Below, one piece after another: positions 51,845 to 63,620 of a stretch of 64,000 bases of DNA. A program made the position numbers and the translations under genes. Position 1 is the first letter of the stretch; each line of letters begins with the position of its first letter. Origin of the DNA: Phoronis australis (taxonomy: Eukaryota > Animalia > Phoronida); NCBI GenBank assembly GCA_002633005.1, contig NMRA01000030.1, positions 528,644 to 592,643 on the forward strand, read 5' to 3'. The notes under the pieces are model-generated. The model was not told the origin of the DNA. It saw only the letters and a program-made list of their open reading frames with translations, and searched no databases.

Positions 51845-54800
51845 TGAGATTAAAAAACGGACGATCGCGCACAAATAAAAATGTTCATGTTATTCAACAT
51901 TTGTCTATTCATTAGACATCATCAGGATAATTATATACAAACATGAAAGACAGCAAGTGCCAATATAGAGCTCAGGTAAGATCCATAAAGTGAAGTAAGA
52001 GATACAGGTAATAGTTAGTGGCTATTCATCACCATAGTTGCAGGATCACTGAGCTCTGCTTGTTATTCAGGGAATCAGTAGCATGCTGGTTTTGAATGGG
52101 CATTCCCCAATGACTCTTTAATGTACAGTAATTCTTTTATAGGTTCTCTACAGATAATACTCACTGAATATGGCTTGGTGGTTGTTGATAACACAGTGCC
52201 TATATATGTTGCTTTTCTCTGAGGTGTGATGTTCTTTCAGCCTGTCACAGACGCCTCTCTGTGCCAGTAGGATATAGAATTCCTTACAGTTGTGACATTC
52301 AACCTCATAAACAACATTGCTATTGTTTAATAAAAGGATGGGTGACTTCAGTGTTCACAGCATATTGGAAAGTTTACGAAGAGGCTTGAAAACAACTATC
52401 AGTTCAACGGCTGGGTCTATGCAATGAATAAGGTGAGATAATTGACGTTTCAATTTTTTATTATTTGGCCCGGTGTAACCACGAAAAAAGAAAACTTTCT
52501 GTTTCTCAGGTCTAATAACAGCTACGTTATTCACCCCATTCATTTTTGAAAGGAAGTACCTTTTACAGATATTCAAAAAATTCAGAGGGTAACCATTGAC
52601 ATGCAATAACTGGAAAATCCTAACTACGTCACTGTTAACATTTAAATTGGTGGAACAAATTCTCCAGGCATTGTGTGACAAGCAATTAACTAGACCTCTA
52701 GATCGGCACAAAACTATCAAATTTAAGATAAAGCCCAAAAACGGGGCTTACAATACACTGGTGTAACAATGTTGCTGCTCACATGTTTAACCAAGACATC
52801 TAGAAAAGGTAAACAAGACTCGTGCTCAGATTCACTGGTGAAGTTGATGGACGGATGCATATTGTTCATATGATTGAAAAAAGTGTTGACTAAGTTCTTG
52901 GATGTATACATAACAAACGTATCGTCCACATACCTACGATAAAATTGTGGTTCACAGTCCAGTGGACAGCTACCTGGGTGAGAATTTGACGTTTGACACG
53001 CAAATGTGTAAAAAAATGTGTAATACATGTCAAAATTGCCACGCTAACGTGTAAAACGTGTAAAAACATTATACTCTAGTGTATCAAACGTGTAAAATTT
53101 TACACCCTAGCGTGTCAGACATGTAAAATATGATTCTTAAATAATATTTGAAATAGGCTTGGCAGTTCTGAAAAGACCACTGGGAGATAATCACCCAATT
53201 TGAATGACTAAACATGTTCCCTTGATAACATAAAAGAATTTACAACAAAAGATTTCACTGCCTTTTCAAATATCCAAATACTGAGTGAGAGTTGGTTTAG
53301 CTGTCAGAGAGTGCAGTTGTGTCAGGAGAGCACTTATGAAGTATGGTTTTCGAATTTGGTGCAGCTCTAACCGAAGTTTGGTATGTACATACTCTGGTTG
53401 ACAGTGGCTTGATAAACTTTTCTTGCAAATGGACTTTCTTTTAACAGGCATAGGTGGATTTAGGGGGGGGCCCAGGGGGCTCGGGCCCCCCTTTGGCCGC
53501 CGCAAAAAAAACAAAACAGCAAGAGCGTAGGAAAATGTTGAGTTTATTAATTAAAACCGGTAATTAAAATTATACGGGTGAAACAAGATTTAAATGTGTG
53601 CAGTTTTAGTGTTTGGGAGGGGGCTCAGATCCAATTTCAAATGTTTAATTCGGAAAACGGCGCATTCGTAACGGAGCTATGGCTAAGTATAGGCTCTCCC
53701 GCGATATCCAAGGCGACCAGCAGTGCCGCTGCGCACTACGACTCCGTTTCCGTTGTCTGCTCCACTGTGCAATGAAGAAAATTCACTTCATTTTTAAAGA
53801 AAATGGAACCTGAGTGACGATGAAAAAAGAGAAGCTGCTGGTAAGATGTGAATTTTAATCAAATCCTTACTGAATCACTCAGAAACTCATAATTCTCTCT
53901 TTCTCAAACCTTAACTTAAGACGATTTCCAAAGCAATCCCATCATTATTGCCAACACAAAAAAGGGATTTGGTCTTTTGGGCATTTGAAGACAAATTTGT
54001 TAAGAACCGATTGCACAAAATATAAAACGTGTAATAAGCATCACAAAAAGAAGGAGGTTTCGCGCGCAAACGCTGTGGACCATAAACAAGTAGGTCTCTT
54101 GATATAAGGTTAGTAGCTAAGCCGTGGTGGTGTGGTGGTAAGCACGCATGCTCTATCCGTTAGGTCGTGAGTTCGAGTCTCTGGTGCGTGCAGGTTTTCC
54201 TGTATGACACGTTGTCCGTGTGTTTTTTTGCCTGTTTTTCTTGGATAATACTTCAGGAACCAAGGAAAATGCTTGATTTTTAGAGGAAAAAACAGAAAGA
54301 TTTCCTGGGCGGGAGGGGAGCCCCCTCCCGACCTCCCCCCATTCGGTGCTATGCGCATCTACAATTGTGGTTTGCGCAAATGCTTACAGCCGGACAAAAT
54401 GTTGGGCCCCCCCTTGTGATATCCTAGATCCGCTACTGACGGGTAAGTTTGATTGTAACAGAAAAGAAGAGTCAGTAGAAACTAATGACTATGCAGGTAA
54501 TATATGAAGTTGGAACGCCTCTCATCTTCTGTAGTATATCAATTCATAATTGTTGTTATAGGATCAACTCACATTTTGTGTCAGGTTGAATGAGGATAAG
54601 ACATTGTGTGTAGAGGTTTGGGCTGCAAAATCAACATGAACTCGATGTTATGACAAATGTTGAATCACTCTTGCATGGTAATTCAAAAATGTTACAAAGT
54701 GCGTCTGTTCTTTACTTCATAAACTGTCTTCAAGCAACTGACACGACTCAAAAGCTAATTTATGTAAATATATGTAGCAGCTTAAGCACTTCGAACTTGT

Positions 54801-55450
54801 ATGTTGAACCATTTTCTTATTTCTTTGTTAATGTTTTTCTAGATGTAATGAAATTTATAGTGACAACTGTATGTGGTAAGAATTGGAAAAAAAAAGAATT
54901 GGATAGTTACATTATCCTTTTAAAGATTCTATATCATTATCACACTTTGGATTATTTACATGTTACAATAAACAGTGACTTAAAAAAGAAATCCCTTTAT
55001 ACCGTGGCATTTGCTTTCAGTATGGATTCCGATGGAGGATGGTGAGCTGCTATAAACAAGAACATTATGGATTGTACAGGGCCTCAGGCTAAATGTGGGG
55101 TCGCTACCATGGCAATGACATAGATTACATGCTAGCGTGGCAAAAGCACCACTTTAGACATGCTAGCGTGGCAAAAGCGCCACGTTTGACACAGGGGTGA
55201 ACCCATGGCCACCCCATTGTTGTTTCGTGCAATGATATCCTGGGCATGTGCATGAAGATGTGCCTTACTTTCTTCCCTGTGATAGGTTTTAGTACAAGAT
55301 CTAATGCTACTCTCCATCTCTCCATGATCTGTTTCAATCTTGTAGGACCATCGGCAACTTGTGCCCAAAGCTACAGAGTCTTATTTGAGGGGAATTCCAT
55401 ACTATTCCCTCACTACTGTATTCGTACCTCATGAATGTGGTCCCTATAAC
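51845..55450 (-). mobile_element. Penelope-like retroelement remnant (RT, GIY-YIG and pLTR), interrupted at ~52974-55195
   Basis: NGVAMGSPL (~55200), FYRRYVDDTF..HPSINFT..LPFLDV, NGYPLNF, NVVYEVECHNCKEFYI..RLKEH, and a hammerhead-bearing pLTR at 51845-51975. Confidence 0.85.
54120..54200 (+). mobile_element. tRNA-derived SINE-like segment inside MITE F
   Basis: A-box-like TGGTGTGGTGG and B box GTTCGAGTC. Confidence 0.5.
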
Positions 55451-57848
55451 CTGATCTCAGCGAGCCCCATTCCAGCATTCACCCAAGTCATTAAACTAAT
55501 CTGCGTTTTTTCTATGGTCTGTGGGAGCGCAGGGCAATAGGCAATACCTTTTTGGAATTTAAGATCTCAAACTGCAGAACACACACTACACAAATATTTT
55601 CTTACTTCATCATCAAGGAGATTATACAAATTTTTCATGCGACAACCTGCAAACAGATTTCATTAAATTCATTGACCGCTGAAACATGGGTGCAAATATT
55701 ATAACTAAACTCTGGTGTCCGATGCAGCAGTTATAAGCACAAGTAGAATTTTGAATATTGCAGCTGTAATTTGTGTAAAATTATGAATTATGCAAATTCT
55801 TGATGACAGTGAAAACATGAGATAAATTCGAAAATAATCTACATGTAATGCCCGTGAGAAAATTATGAGGAGAAATAGTATTTGGAATACTGGTGTTCTT
55901 TATTTGTATAAATTATGAAAATCCATCCTAGTACTTATAACCAACAGTAGAATTTTGAATAATGACGACCTTAATTTGCATATATTGTGCATATTTACGA
56001 TGTATCCACCAGCAAACGAGGTCCATTAAATTCACTGACCATGGAAGCATAGGTGGAAACATTAAGTAACCTGTCTGAAGTGCTTGGTAAGGGCGTTTTA
56101 AGCAAAATATAATTTGAATAATGGTGGCCTTAATTTGCATTAATTATGCAAATTTATCCTGCAACAACATGCAAACCGATTTCGTTTAACTAATTGACCA
56201 TTGAAACATAGGCGCAAATATCATGATAATTCTGTGATAATTGGTGCCATAGCTATTAAAACAAGTATAATTTTGAATACTGGCAACCTTAATTTGTAGA
56301 AATTATGCAAATTGACGATGTATCCACCCAAAAAATTTCACTATTAAATTCATTGACCTTAGAAACATGGGTGAAAGCATCACAATAACCTGTGTCTGTC
56401 TGCAGTACTTGGTAAGGAAATTATAAGCAAAAACAGAATCTTGCATAATGATGGCATAATGATGGCCTTAATTTATATAAATTATGCAAATTAACAATGT
56501 ATTCACCAAAAAACTTGCACTATTAAATTCGTTGACCATGAAAACATGAGTAAAAATGTCAAAATTATTTGGCTGCAGTGCTTGATATGGAAATTAAAGC
56601 AAAAATAGAATTTTGCATAATGGCGACCTTGATTTGCATATTTTAAAAACTGCTCAAGGGTTGCGAACGATCACCCCCCTAAATCATGATTAACTATGTC
56701 TATGCTACATGACATAGCAAAGAAAAAACTTTATCCGCAAATCCATGTTAAGTAAAAAACAGCATTTGGCTCCCGGACTATTTATTCATTGGACGATGAA
56801 CTGTCCTCTTCACTGGGTGTCGAACGGGGCCTGTATTCACTCCCTCTACTCAACATCGCAGCAGGGCTGCTTACAGGCTCTGGACGATAATGAGTACATC
56901 TCGGTTACAAGCAGCAACAGTGTGGCATGTTGACTGACTCGTAAACAAAAGCAAACGACAACCGAATTTGCAGTAGCTGATGTATAACAATGACTGACTC
57001 TACAGCTCTCATAGTCACACTATATGAAAAGAAATTGGCGTGAAATTCTTGCCTCCCAAAACGTCACTTCCAGAGTAAAGGACGAATAATTAATTAAACT
57101 ACAAAAAGCTGTAATTAAGTGAAAAATATGTGTGGGATAATCAAAGAAACTTATTTTTGCTTAAAATGACATGAAAAAAGGTTGCCTTTCCCTTTAAATA
57201 CTACTGTAACTTTAAGACTACTGTTCTGAACCATATCTTAAGTTACCGCTACATAATAGTCGTATTCAAGCATTTACTCATTTACGTTGTTCCATTTACC
57301 ATAGACTATTTGTGGAAGTGGGTAGAGTACACGAGAAAGTGGAATATTAGTAATAGATTATGTTTGATTTGCAATGATGGTCATGTAGAGGATCGGATGA
57401 ATACCAGTACTTCCTGTTGATTTGCAAGGGATATTGTGAACTTAGGTCACGTTTTATGAATGAAGTTCAATGTACGCACCCAACACAAGAATCCTGTATA
57501 TGCCAGTGCTAGCTAATCGAGATATGTTATTAAATATGTGAATTCTACCCTTAAAAGAAGAGAACAACTCTTAAATGGGTTGATTGGATATGCAAATGTG
57601 CCTGTTTAATAATTTTTGTTTATTGTACTTTGGGCCGGAGGCCTTTAATACAAATAAAGGTATTAAAAAATACTGATGACAGTTGTAATTCCACCTGTTA
57701 AGAGCGTGAGCATTCATAGCGGCAGATTAGCAAGTATGTTATTCAAGAACAAATTTGCAAGTTTGTTCTTTGTTTAGGTGGATATTCGAGACAAGTTCTG
57801 ATAACAGAGATATCAGTAGACCCCTTGCCCTGATATAAGAGATTAGTA

Positions 57849-59343
57849 CCGTATTCGCCATCAAAACTGCTCATGCCCCTATAAGCGCCCCCGATGCGTT
57901 TTCAGAATTTGCTAAAATAAGCGCCGAGTCCATGAACGCGTACGTGCAAAAAGTGCCTTACCTACAGTCCTAAAATTCTACAGTAACGTCTTCAATTTAT
58001 CAATAATATCCGACAGTCCTGAAAAAAATCATTGTGCGCACAATTTGTGGACCACTAGCCTCGACGCTATGTTGGTATTTAGCGGTAACTTACACTTCAA
58101 ACTTCCGCCATGCCTCAAAACGATCACAAAAGTTTTGCTGATCTTGCGAGGACCGGGTGTATTTCAGAATAGACGTAGTGTACTTGTCTATGGGATTGCC
58201 TTGTAGATATTTCCCGCTTTCAGCAGAAATCCAAATTCCTCTGTACATGTGAAAACCACGAATCAAAGACTAATAAAAAGCTTGGCCAGAGTGAAAAGCA
58301 CGTGGCCAGGAAGCGCGCGCTATGCATACAAGAACCTGTCGTCAAAGACATTAGTCGGGAACTATCCATTCATGAAACGGGTAGCATAGCATCGGCAAGA
58401 AATGAATATTTGAACTAATTTCCGCTAGTTTCTAATACTTAAAAATTTTTGCGTTATTTTTAATATAGATTGTTTGATTAACCATAATTGGTGTTTTCAA
58501 GAAAAATATCCGATAAAATGACCACTGACAGTGAATGCTTACACACCCATACACCGAAAAGTAACTGTCAAATAGTTACGTACGCACCCAGCCACATGGC
58601 GGCTAATATGGGCCTTACCGGGACGAATGTCGAACGTTTTTAGCACATGAGACCGGCAAGTGCTGAATGAAACACTCTGGTTTAGGCCTATAGTGCTAGT
58701 GCAAATTTCTTTAGATACAATGCACAGTCATCTAGCTCGTTAGATTGTGTGGCTCTGGCCAAAAGACGTTCTCTGCTCTAGAAAATGAACTCTGGTGACA
58801 CGCACGTGCTCGCTTACTCACGACAAACTTCAAAACAAACGTCACGTGACAACAATATGTGTGTTCGTCCAGACATTTTTCTCGTGTTGCCGATCTTGCA
58901 TACATGTAGATGGCACGATGTAGCACAGATTTATACTTAAACCCGACTCCACGGGATCTTAAAAATCTAAGGGACGCTACTTGGAGAACTTAAGGAGGAT
59001 TTCAGGTAATTTGCTTGAGTCGAAACTGTATTTTTATTCAAGCATTCAAGTCACCATATTGACGATTGCGAGGCAGTCGGCGAGTTTTTGCCCTGAGATT
59101 TCAGCATAATTTTCTGTAAAATGATCGTAATTTAGCAGCAAAGTTTGATAGCAATGCATCGCGGTTTTGTAGAAAGTCTTTCATAGATTACAGATACGTC
59201 ACAGAGCATAAATATGATGAATCTTAGCTTCCGATTTCACCCGTTTCGGAGACCGGATTTCATCCGTCTAATGGGTTATAATAAATGCCCCCCTTGAAAC
59301 GAACTTTTCTAAGAACCCTGGGCGGTTATTGTGACGAATACGG
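57849..59343. mobile_element. pogo/Tc1-type non-autonomous element (~1.5 kb) just upstream of the GDA exon
   Basis: TA TSD (57847-57848 and 59344-59345); TIR CCGTATTCG(C/T)CA..A.AAC.GC.CA. Confidence 0.8.
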
Positions 59344-59545
59344 TAATAGACCCTGTTTCCTTTACAAGCTCTATCATATTGTAATGAGGCTTCCGTTGAG
59401 TTTTAGCGAATTCCATTTTGAAAACATGAGAATTACTGTCCGCTGAAATTATACATTTGCTTTCAGCAGAGTTTCAGTGACTTGGCTTTCTGTTTTGACT
59501 ATAGAGCTAACTTCTAACCGGTATACATTGTTTTCCTTTATTTAG

Positions 59546-59725
59546 GCAGAAGCCATAGATCAAGTCCCAGGTACAATGACGCACAACTATTCAGGAAGCT
59601 CAGCCAATGGGAAATGTATGGCCACAGAAGACATTATGGTCTTCTGTGGTAATCTAGTACATGCAACCAAGGAGGAGCCTATGGTGATACTCCGGGATCA
59701 TGTGATAGGTGTCCGTGGAAACTTG
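59546..59725 (+). CDS. GDA: GDA first recognisable coding exon
   Basis: tttag acceptor, gtgaga donor; VFCGNLVHATKEEPMVILRDHVIGV; true start codon uncertain. Confidence 0.85.
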
Positions 59726-62700
59726 GTGAGACACTATTGTGGTTGTATTAATATTTTTTCTTTATCTGCTTTATATCCAGATAGCAAACATGGTGAAAAG
59801 TGCTAAATAATTATTGCGGGCATACAGGATTCATAAAAGGACCCAGTCTTTTTTATGCCTCTTTACCATAGTGTAAATAGGCCATGCCATGCACGTGCAT
59901 TGTAGTGTACATAGGAGAGACTGCAACACTGATGTAGATAGAGGGTGCTGTAAATATCTTCTCTTTGGGATCTCGGTGAAGAAGTTACTGATTAGGATGA
60001 TTGGCAACTGTAGATTACTTTTCTTGCTTGAACAATTTGAAAAGACATCATTCTTGGAAGGCGTGGCACCTATCCCAAAGGCAGCCATAGTGACAGGAAT
60101 CTTGTTCAAACCCACTTTCCACCACAAATAAACAACTTTGGATTTTGATCGTTTACCATGATGAAATTGATCTCAAAATAATTCCTTGGTCAAGTTGAAG
60201 GCAGTTTTAGGGTTGATAAATTTTGTAATATAAAATTCCACTTGTCCACTATACAGTCTGCTATATTCCACTAGTCCACTATATAGTCTGCTAAATTCAA
60301 CTTGTACACTATACAGTCTGCTAAGAAAAGAATTTCTTGTTAGTGATGTTGGTGCAAAACTAAATATCTTTCATTGAGGAGGCTGTTTGAGCATGCAGCC
60401 AATTCAAGGGGTCATAATCTTTCATTGAGGGGGCTGTTTAAGCATGCAGCCAATTCAAGGGGTCATTTTCCCCTCTCGGCTATCATCTTGGATGAGTAAT
60501 TTTCCCTTTGTGCCGACGGAGGGCTGCGGTAAGTCATCTGTTTTGGACTGCAGTGTGATGCGAATGTCCCATGGTATTGACTGTAACTGGATTGTCTAAT
60601 TTTCAGATTATATTTGTTGAGCCTAAAGCAAGACTTGCTGAGATGCAACAAACATATAGCTTTTCAGAAGCAGATGTCCGCTACTTGAAAAATTGGTATG
60701 TTCTGAATTCTATGCTTTGATTTTATAACAGATTTGATGTGCTCCTCTGTTATTTGATGTGTTTCTTCTGTTATGTCTGTGCATGATTCCCTACTATGTT
60801 CTGTAGGGAATCTGAGATATCCTGAGAAACCGGTGATTCTTTGTTGCTCACATTGATGTAAGAGAGTGCAAATTAAAAGATATAGTAGGTATTCGTGACC
60901 CAGTCATTGTTGCGTACCCTTCCATTAAAGAACATGTAGTGTCATCTTAGTTTCAATGCTCAAATTAGGAATTGTTATTATCTACTAGTATTACGGTGGT
61001 GTGTGGTTATACGTCCTCCTTATAATGTCAGTGTGTGATCACAGTACACAACAAACTTGTCTGTGGTTATACGTCCTCCTGATAATGTCAGAGTGTGATC
61101 ATAGTGTACAACAAACTTGTCTGTTGTTATACATCCTCCTTATAATGTCAGAGTGTGATCACAGTACACAACAAACTGGTCTGTGGTTATACGTCCTCCT
61201 GATAATGTTAGAGTGTGATCATAGTGTACAACAAACTTGTCTGTTGTTATACGTCCTCCTGATAATGTTAGAGTGTGATCATAGTATACAACAAATTGGT
61301 CTGTTGTAAAACATCCTGCTAATAATGTTAGAGTGTGATCACAGTACAGATTTCCGTCACGGGGGCTTAATAATGCGTCATTCAGCTAGTGGGCCATTCA
61401 GCTATAAGTCTAATGGTAAATTTCATTTAGCTTGATAACATGGAATTCCTTTTGCACATGATGGGTATTTTTTCAGATTCTTTTTGAGCAGCTATTACAT
61501 ATTAATGTTGAGTCAGTTGCTTAACGATTATTAGAAGGCGAATTTTTGCAAGTATAATAGCAAGTTGAAGTCTTTGCAAGTTAAAGTTACTATGTCTGTA
61601 ACTTAAAGTTACAATGTCTTTGCATCTTATGTTTTTGCAACTTAAGAGTCTGCCAGTAAGAATCTTTACCTGAGTTAAGTGTCTTGGAAAGTCTTTTCAT
61701 AAAATACATTGATCTCTGTCTCTTGTTTTTGCAGTGAGTTTGTTATTCCTGGATTTGTTGACACTCACATTCATGCTCCACAGTATGCTATAACAGGAAC
61801 AGGTACGGATATTCAGCTACTCGATTGGCTGGATACCTATGCCTTTCCTGTTGAGGCCAAATTCTCCAATCTCGACTTTGCTCAGGACGTTTACACCAAA
61901 GCTGTTGTACGTTATTTCATGTTTTGTTTTTACCTTTGAAGTGATCTACTAACTGGTTTGTTTGTTTTTCCTTTCTGCTTGTTGTCACATGCTAACAATG
62001 AAATTAAATAAACTTCAAAATCATTTTCAATTGAGAACATTTGTCAAAATTGTACCTGCATGTACATAATGATTCACGCTAGCTGTAAAAAATAAATCTC
62101 AAAATTATAAGTTCAGAATATTAGCCAAATGCTCATGCAATTGAGCTTAATTGAAGATATTTACTATGTTATGTCAGTAATGCAACTGCCCTGTTTTTGA
62201 AGTTTGTATAATGCTCATGCTATAGATAATACCATTATATCTCTCTCTTTCTGTCCTTACCCCTCCATCTCTCTCTTTTTCTCTGACCCCTCCATCCCTC
62301 CGTTGCCTCCTCAGTTGTTATTGACCTGTCTCTTTAGAGGTTGTGTGCTGATCTAGAAAAGGGATTTTTCATTATTTCGACTTTTGCAATGAAAAGTGGA
62401 GTCGACCATTAGTGATTTTGGAAATTTTTGCTGTTTTCATTGTTTATTTATTTATTTATTAATGTAATATTTATTTGTTGCCTATTCATTACGAGTTTCT
62501 AATTCATTTAAAGCTATTTGTTCGTTTAGACGTTAAAGATGTATCCCTCCAACTAGTTATGTATCCCTCCAGATAAAGTTGTATCCCTCTAGCTAATTAT
62601 TTATCCCTCCAGATAAGGGTTTATCCCTCTAGCTAATTATTTATCCTTCCAGATAAGGGTTTATCCCTCTAGCTAATTATTTATCTCCCCAGCTAATTAC

Positions 62701-63187
62701 ATATCCCTCCAGCTAAATGTATCCCTCCAGCTGTCAGCCAGCTTAAGGTGTATCCAGTGTGTAGGACTAGCCTCAGGTGTGTCCCTCTAGCTAACAGTGT
62801 ATCCCTCCAGGTAAAGGTGTATCTTTTCATCTAAATGTGTAGCCCTCTAGCCTCAGGTGTATCCCTCCAGCTAAATATGTATCCGTCCGGCTAAATGTGT
62901 AGCCCTAAAACTAAAAGTGTATCCATCTAGCTAAAGGTGTAGCGCTCTAGCCAAAGGTTTAACCCTAGAGCTAAAGGTGTAGTCCTCCAATGAAAGTTTC
63001 TTACACGTAAAAGGTTTTAAGTTTAAGGGAGGTTGTCAATTAGTAACCAGAAAATCTGTGTTCTATTATGTTCTGCACTGTATGACGTATTACTTTAAGA
63101 GGCGTACCCTTATGAACGGGACAACAACAGCTTCATACTTTGCCACCATTCACACAGACGCCAGCCTACTTCTCTGTGATATCATTG
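59546..63187 (+). CDS. GDA: Guanine deaminase, 5-prime part; exons 59546-59725 (in-frame ATG at 59576), 60607-60695, 61735-61906, 63100-63187; continues beyond the window
   Basis: Spliced translation VFCGNLVHAT..PMVILRDHVIGV|IIFVE..|EFVIPGFVDTHIHAPQY..LLDWLDTYAFPVEAKF..VYTKAV|RRTLMNGTTTASYFATIHTDASLLL. Contains the amidohydrolase PGxVDTHxH metal motif and GTTT; introns are GT-AG with matching phases. Confidence 0.95.
60607..60695 (+). CDS. GDA: GDA exon, IIFVEPKARLAEMQQTYSFSEADVRYLKN
   Basis: tttcag/gtatgt, 89 nt, phase 0-2. Confidence 0.88.
61000..61350. repeat. 60-bp minisatellite (~6 copies) in a GDA intron
   Basis: Line-by-line periodicity; spurious 20-aa-period ORF at 61001-61309. Confidence 0.92.
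61735..61906 (+). CDS. GDA: GDA exon with the DTHIH metal-binding motif
   Basis: ttgcag/gtacgt, 172 nt; lies within ORF 61709-61939. Confidence 0.96.
62540..62990. repeat. ~20-bp minisatellite GTATCCCTC(C/T)AGCTAAA.GT in a GDA intron
   Basis: Degenerate tandem copies. Confidence 0.85.
63100..63187 (+). CDS. GDA: GDA exon, RRTLMNGTTTASYFATIHTDASLLLCDII
   Basis: tttaag/gtgagt, 88 nt. Confidence 0.95.
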
Positions 63188-63399
63188 GTGAGTTGTATCT
63201 TATTTATAATTACTTGTTTCCGGCATATCCAACTACACTTTTTCTGTACTAATACACTTCTTTGTCTTTTACACTGAATTTTGTTACTTTATTGATGAGA
63301 AAATTTTGCATTCTTTCAATTTTAAAATTTATCATGGCTGTTCATTGAGATGAATTCACACTCAGGTCTCAGCAGATGACAACAATAAAATTGTTTTGC

Positions 63400-63620
63400 T
63401 AATGATAAAAGAGTCATTGTGGATGAAGGCTCTTGAAGGTGAGAGGTCCTTGAAGAAGAGCATCAGTTCATTCTACGGAATTAGACCTTGATAGATGTTG
63501 AACTTGTGCGTTTCAGTGTTGTTGCAATAACTTTTTCTTTGGAATCATTTTGTAACCCTGAGGATGATTCAAGACTGATCTGAAACGTTGGACTTTGGAA
63601 TTCATTGTAATGATGAATAT
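63400..63620 (+). mobile_element. Penelope-like 3-prime fragment with a hammerhead-like motif at 63556-63591
   Basis: KESLWMKAL C-terminal motif, then CC-CTGAGGA-TGAT..ATCT-GAAA-CGTT-GG. Confidence 0.5.

Larger units (their letters stand above)
50870..56780. mobile_element. Academ-like element (TAGTCCGGGAGCCA TIR) with long inverted subterminal arrays rich in ATGCAAAT
   Basis: TAG..CTA termini, imperfect 3-bp flanks TCT/TTT; 50900-51750 is mirrored by 55600-56760. Confidence 0.65.
50366..57193 (-). mobile_element. Kolobok derivative with ~310-bp inverted termini and TTAA TSD
   Basis: TTAA-AGG(C/G)AAAGGCAACC termini; 50366-50675 is inverted at 56885-57193; transposase scraps MPHCC and KFIDDLSKVLELFRRCQVCG..GHSGKW. 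Confidence 0.82.
48890..57670 (+). mobile_element. 5-prime-truncated non-LTR retrotransposon (RTE-X/CR1-like LINE) split by a Kolobok insertion; coding remnants at 48890-50365 and 57198-57560
   Basis: FYCAFVDFSKAFN, TRQGCMISPLLFIIYLN, SLLYADDMVL and CGAEIWG; after the insert, C-terminal RLCLICN..VED.EY..LLIC and an AATAAA/A-rich tail at ~57652. Confidence 0.85.
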
